Source: an uncultured Gemmatimonadales bacterium (GTDB lineage Bacteria > Gemmatimonadota > Gemmatimonadetes > Longimicrobiales > RSA9). Taken from it: a stretch of 64,000 nt of DNA. The first letter of the stretch is position 1. Each line of letters starts with the position of its first letter. Under the pieces are notes generated by a model, which had not been told where the DNA came from, searched no databases, and saw only the letters and a program-made list of their open reading frames with translations. A program made the translations under genes and the position numbers. Location of the stretch: positions 64,001 to 128,000 of the forward strand of contig CAWAMW010000015.1 of the NCBI GenBank assembly GCA_963783305.1, given 5' to 3'. Positions 63,270 through 64,000 of the stretch are shown here, in pieces.

Positions 63270-63647
63270 ATGACCGACTTCGATCGCACCATCCTGATCG
63301 TGGAGGACGATGATCTCCTTCGCGACGCGTTCAAGATCCTCCTCGAGGATGCGGGCTACCAGGTGCTGGAGGCGGCCACCGGGGCGGCGGCTCTGGAGAC
63401 GGCACAGCAGCGGCTGCCTGCCCTGATCATCCTGGACATGGGACTCCCGGACCGATCCGGCATCGACGTGGTCCGCTCCATCCGGCTGGATCCAGACCTC
63501 ATCGATACGCCCGTCATCGCCCTGACCGGCCGGGTCGGGGAAGCGGAGAAGCGTGCCTGCCTCGAGGCCGGCTGCGACCGCTACCTCTCCAAGCCCATCG
63601 CCCCCACGGCGTTGCTGGGCGAGCTGCCCGAGCTCCTCACGCGATGA
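63270..63647 (+). CDS. Single-domain response regulator (CheY/DivK-like)
   Basis: ILIVEDD, LIILDMGLP, PVIALT and GCD.YLSKP motifs. Confidence 0.92.
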   Translation: MTDFDRTILIVEDDDLLRDAFKILLEDAGYQVLEAATGAAALETAQQRLPALIILDMGLPDRSGIDVVRSIRLDPDLIDTPVIALTGRVGEAEKRACLEAGCDRYLSKPIAPTALLGELPELLTR

Positions 63648-64000
63648 AGCAGCGGCGTTGGGATGATCCCCGCGCCGGGTGGCTCCACAGACTGCTCCAC
63701 CGGTTCTACCGCCTCTATTACCGGGTCAAGTACTCGCCGTTCGCCGCGAGACGCAAGGAGCAGAGCGAGGAGCCGGGCCGCGGGTTCGTCGGGATCCAGA
63801 TCGACGCACTGGCGTTCCAGGACCTCGAGCAGGCCATGGCGGGTGGCCACATGCCGTTCCTCAGGCGCCTGATCGACCGCGACGGCTGGGAGCTGCGCCG
63901 CTACCCGGCAGGGCTGCCCAGCGCCACGCCCGCCGCGCAGGCCTCCATCTTTCACGGCACCAAGGACCGCATCCCCGCCTTCCGCTTCTACGAGAAGGGG
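63644..64000 (+). CDS. Alkaline phosphatase superfamily (nucleotide pyrophosphatase/phosphodiesterase-like) protein, 3' truncated; absent from the ORF track
   Basis: ATGA overlap with the upstream stop. Translation MKQRRWDD...GFVGIQIDAL...GHMPFL...GLPSATPAAQASIFHG..IPAFRFYEK runs open to the window end. Confidence 0.8.
   Translation, partial: MKQRRWDDPRAGWLHRLLHRFYRLYYRVKYSPFAARRKEQSEEPGRGFVGIQIDALAFQDLEQAMAGGHMPFLRRLIDRDGWELRRYPAGLPSATPAAQASIFHGTKDRIPAFRFYEKG

Noticed and set aside
1..64000. Many long alternative-frame ORFs (e.g. 31366-33615 +, 35063-37432 +, 43463-45739 +, 48357-50252 +, 10648-12177 +)
   Set aside because: They are antisense or shifted shadows of well-supported genes, expected in high-GC DNA, with low-complexity Arg/Gly/Pro/Ala content and no motifs.

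Overview
High-GC bacterial chromosomal segment. The gene content (SusC/SusD pair, PadR plus orphan ADOP permease, class II RNR, many lipoproteins, DUF305-LVIVD pair) suggests Gemmatimonadota or a related lineage; this is inference. It holds about 56 protein-coding genes for envelope, peptidase, signalling and housekeeping functions. I found no rRNA, tRNA, CRISPR array, transposase, integrase, prophage or defence island. Main blocks: susCD next to two peptidases; padR-ADOP; csp with a structured leader; MscS/thioesterase/penicillin acylase/ANT(6)-like/GH9 run; M1 peptidase-DUF6702; DUF134-NifX-like; DUF305-LVIVD; an orphan MCP; nrdJ; and a peptidoglycan-recycling cluster (amidase, SSS symporter, anmK, murQ, M20) attached to a twice-frameshifted zincin/beta-propeller/BamA-like gene. 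The less usual signals are mostly non-coding: several sigma54-type -24/-12 sites before small envelope genes (one palindromic and bidirectional), tandem NrdR boxes plus a DnaA-box cluster before nrdJ, a sigma28 promoter before the MCP, a terminator-containing csp leader, a 25-bp perfect inverted-repeat element, an 11-unit heptamer array after nrdJ, and a 14-bp palindromic operator before DUF134. All family assignments come from motif recognition by eye, not database searches. I cannot claim a proven new system; the best candidates are listed under findings.
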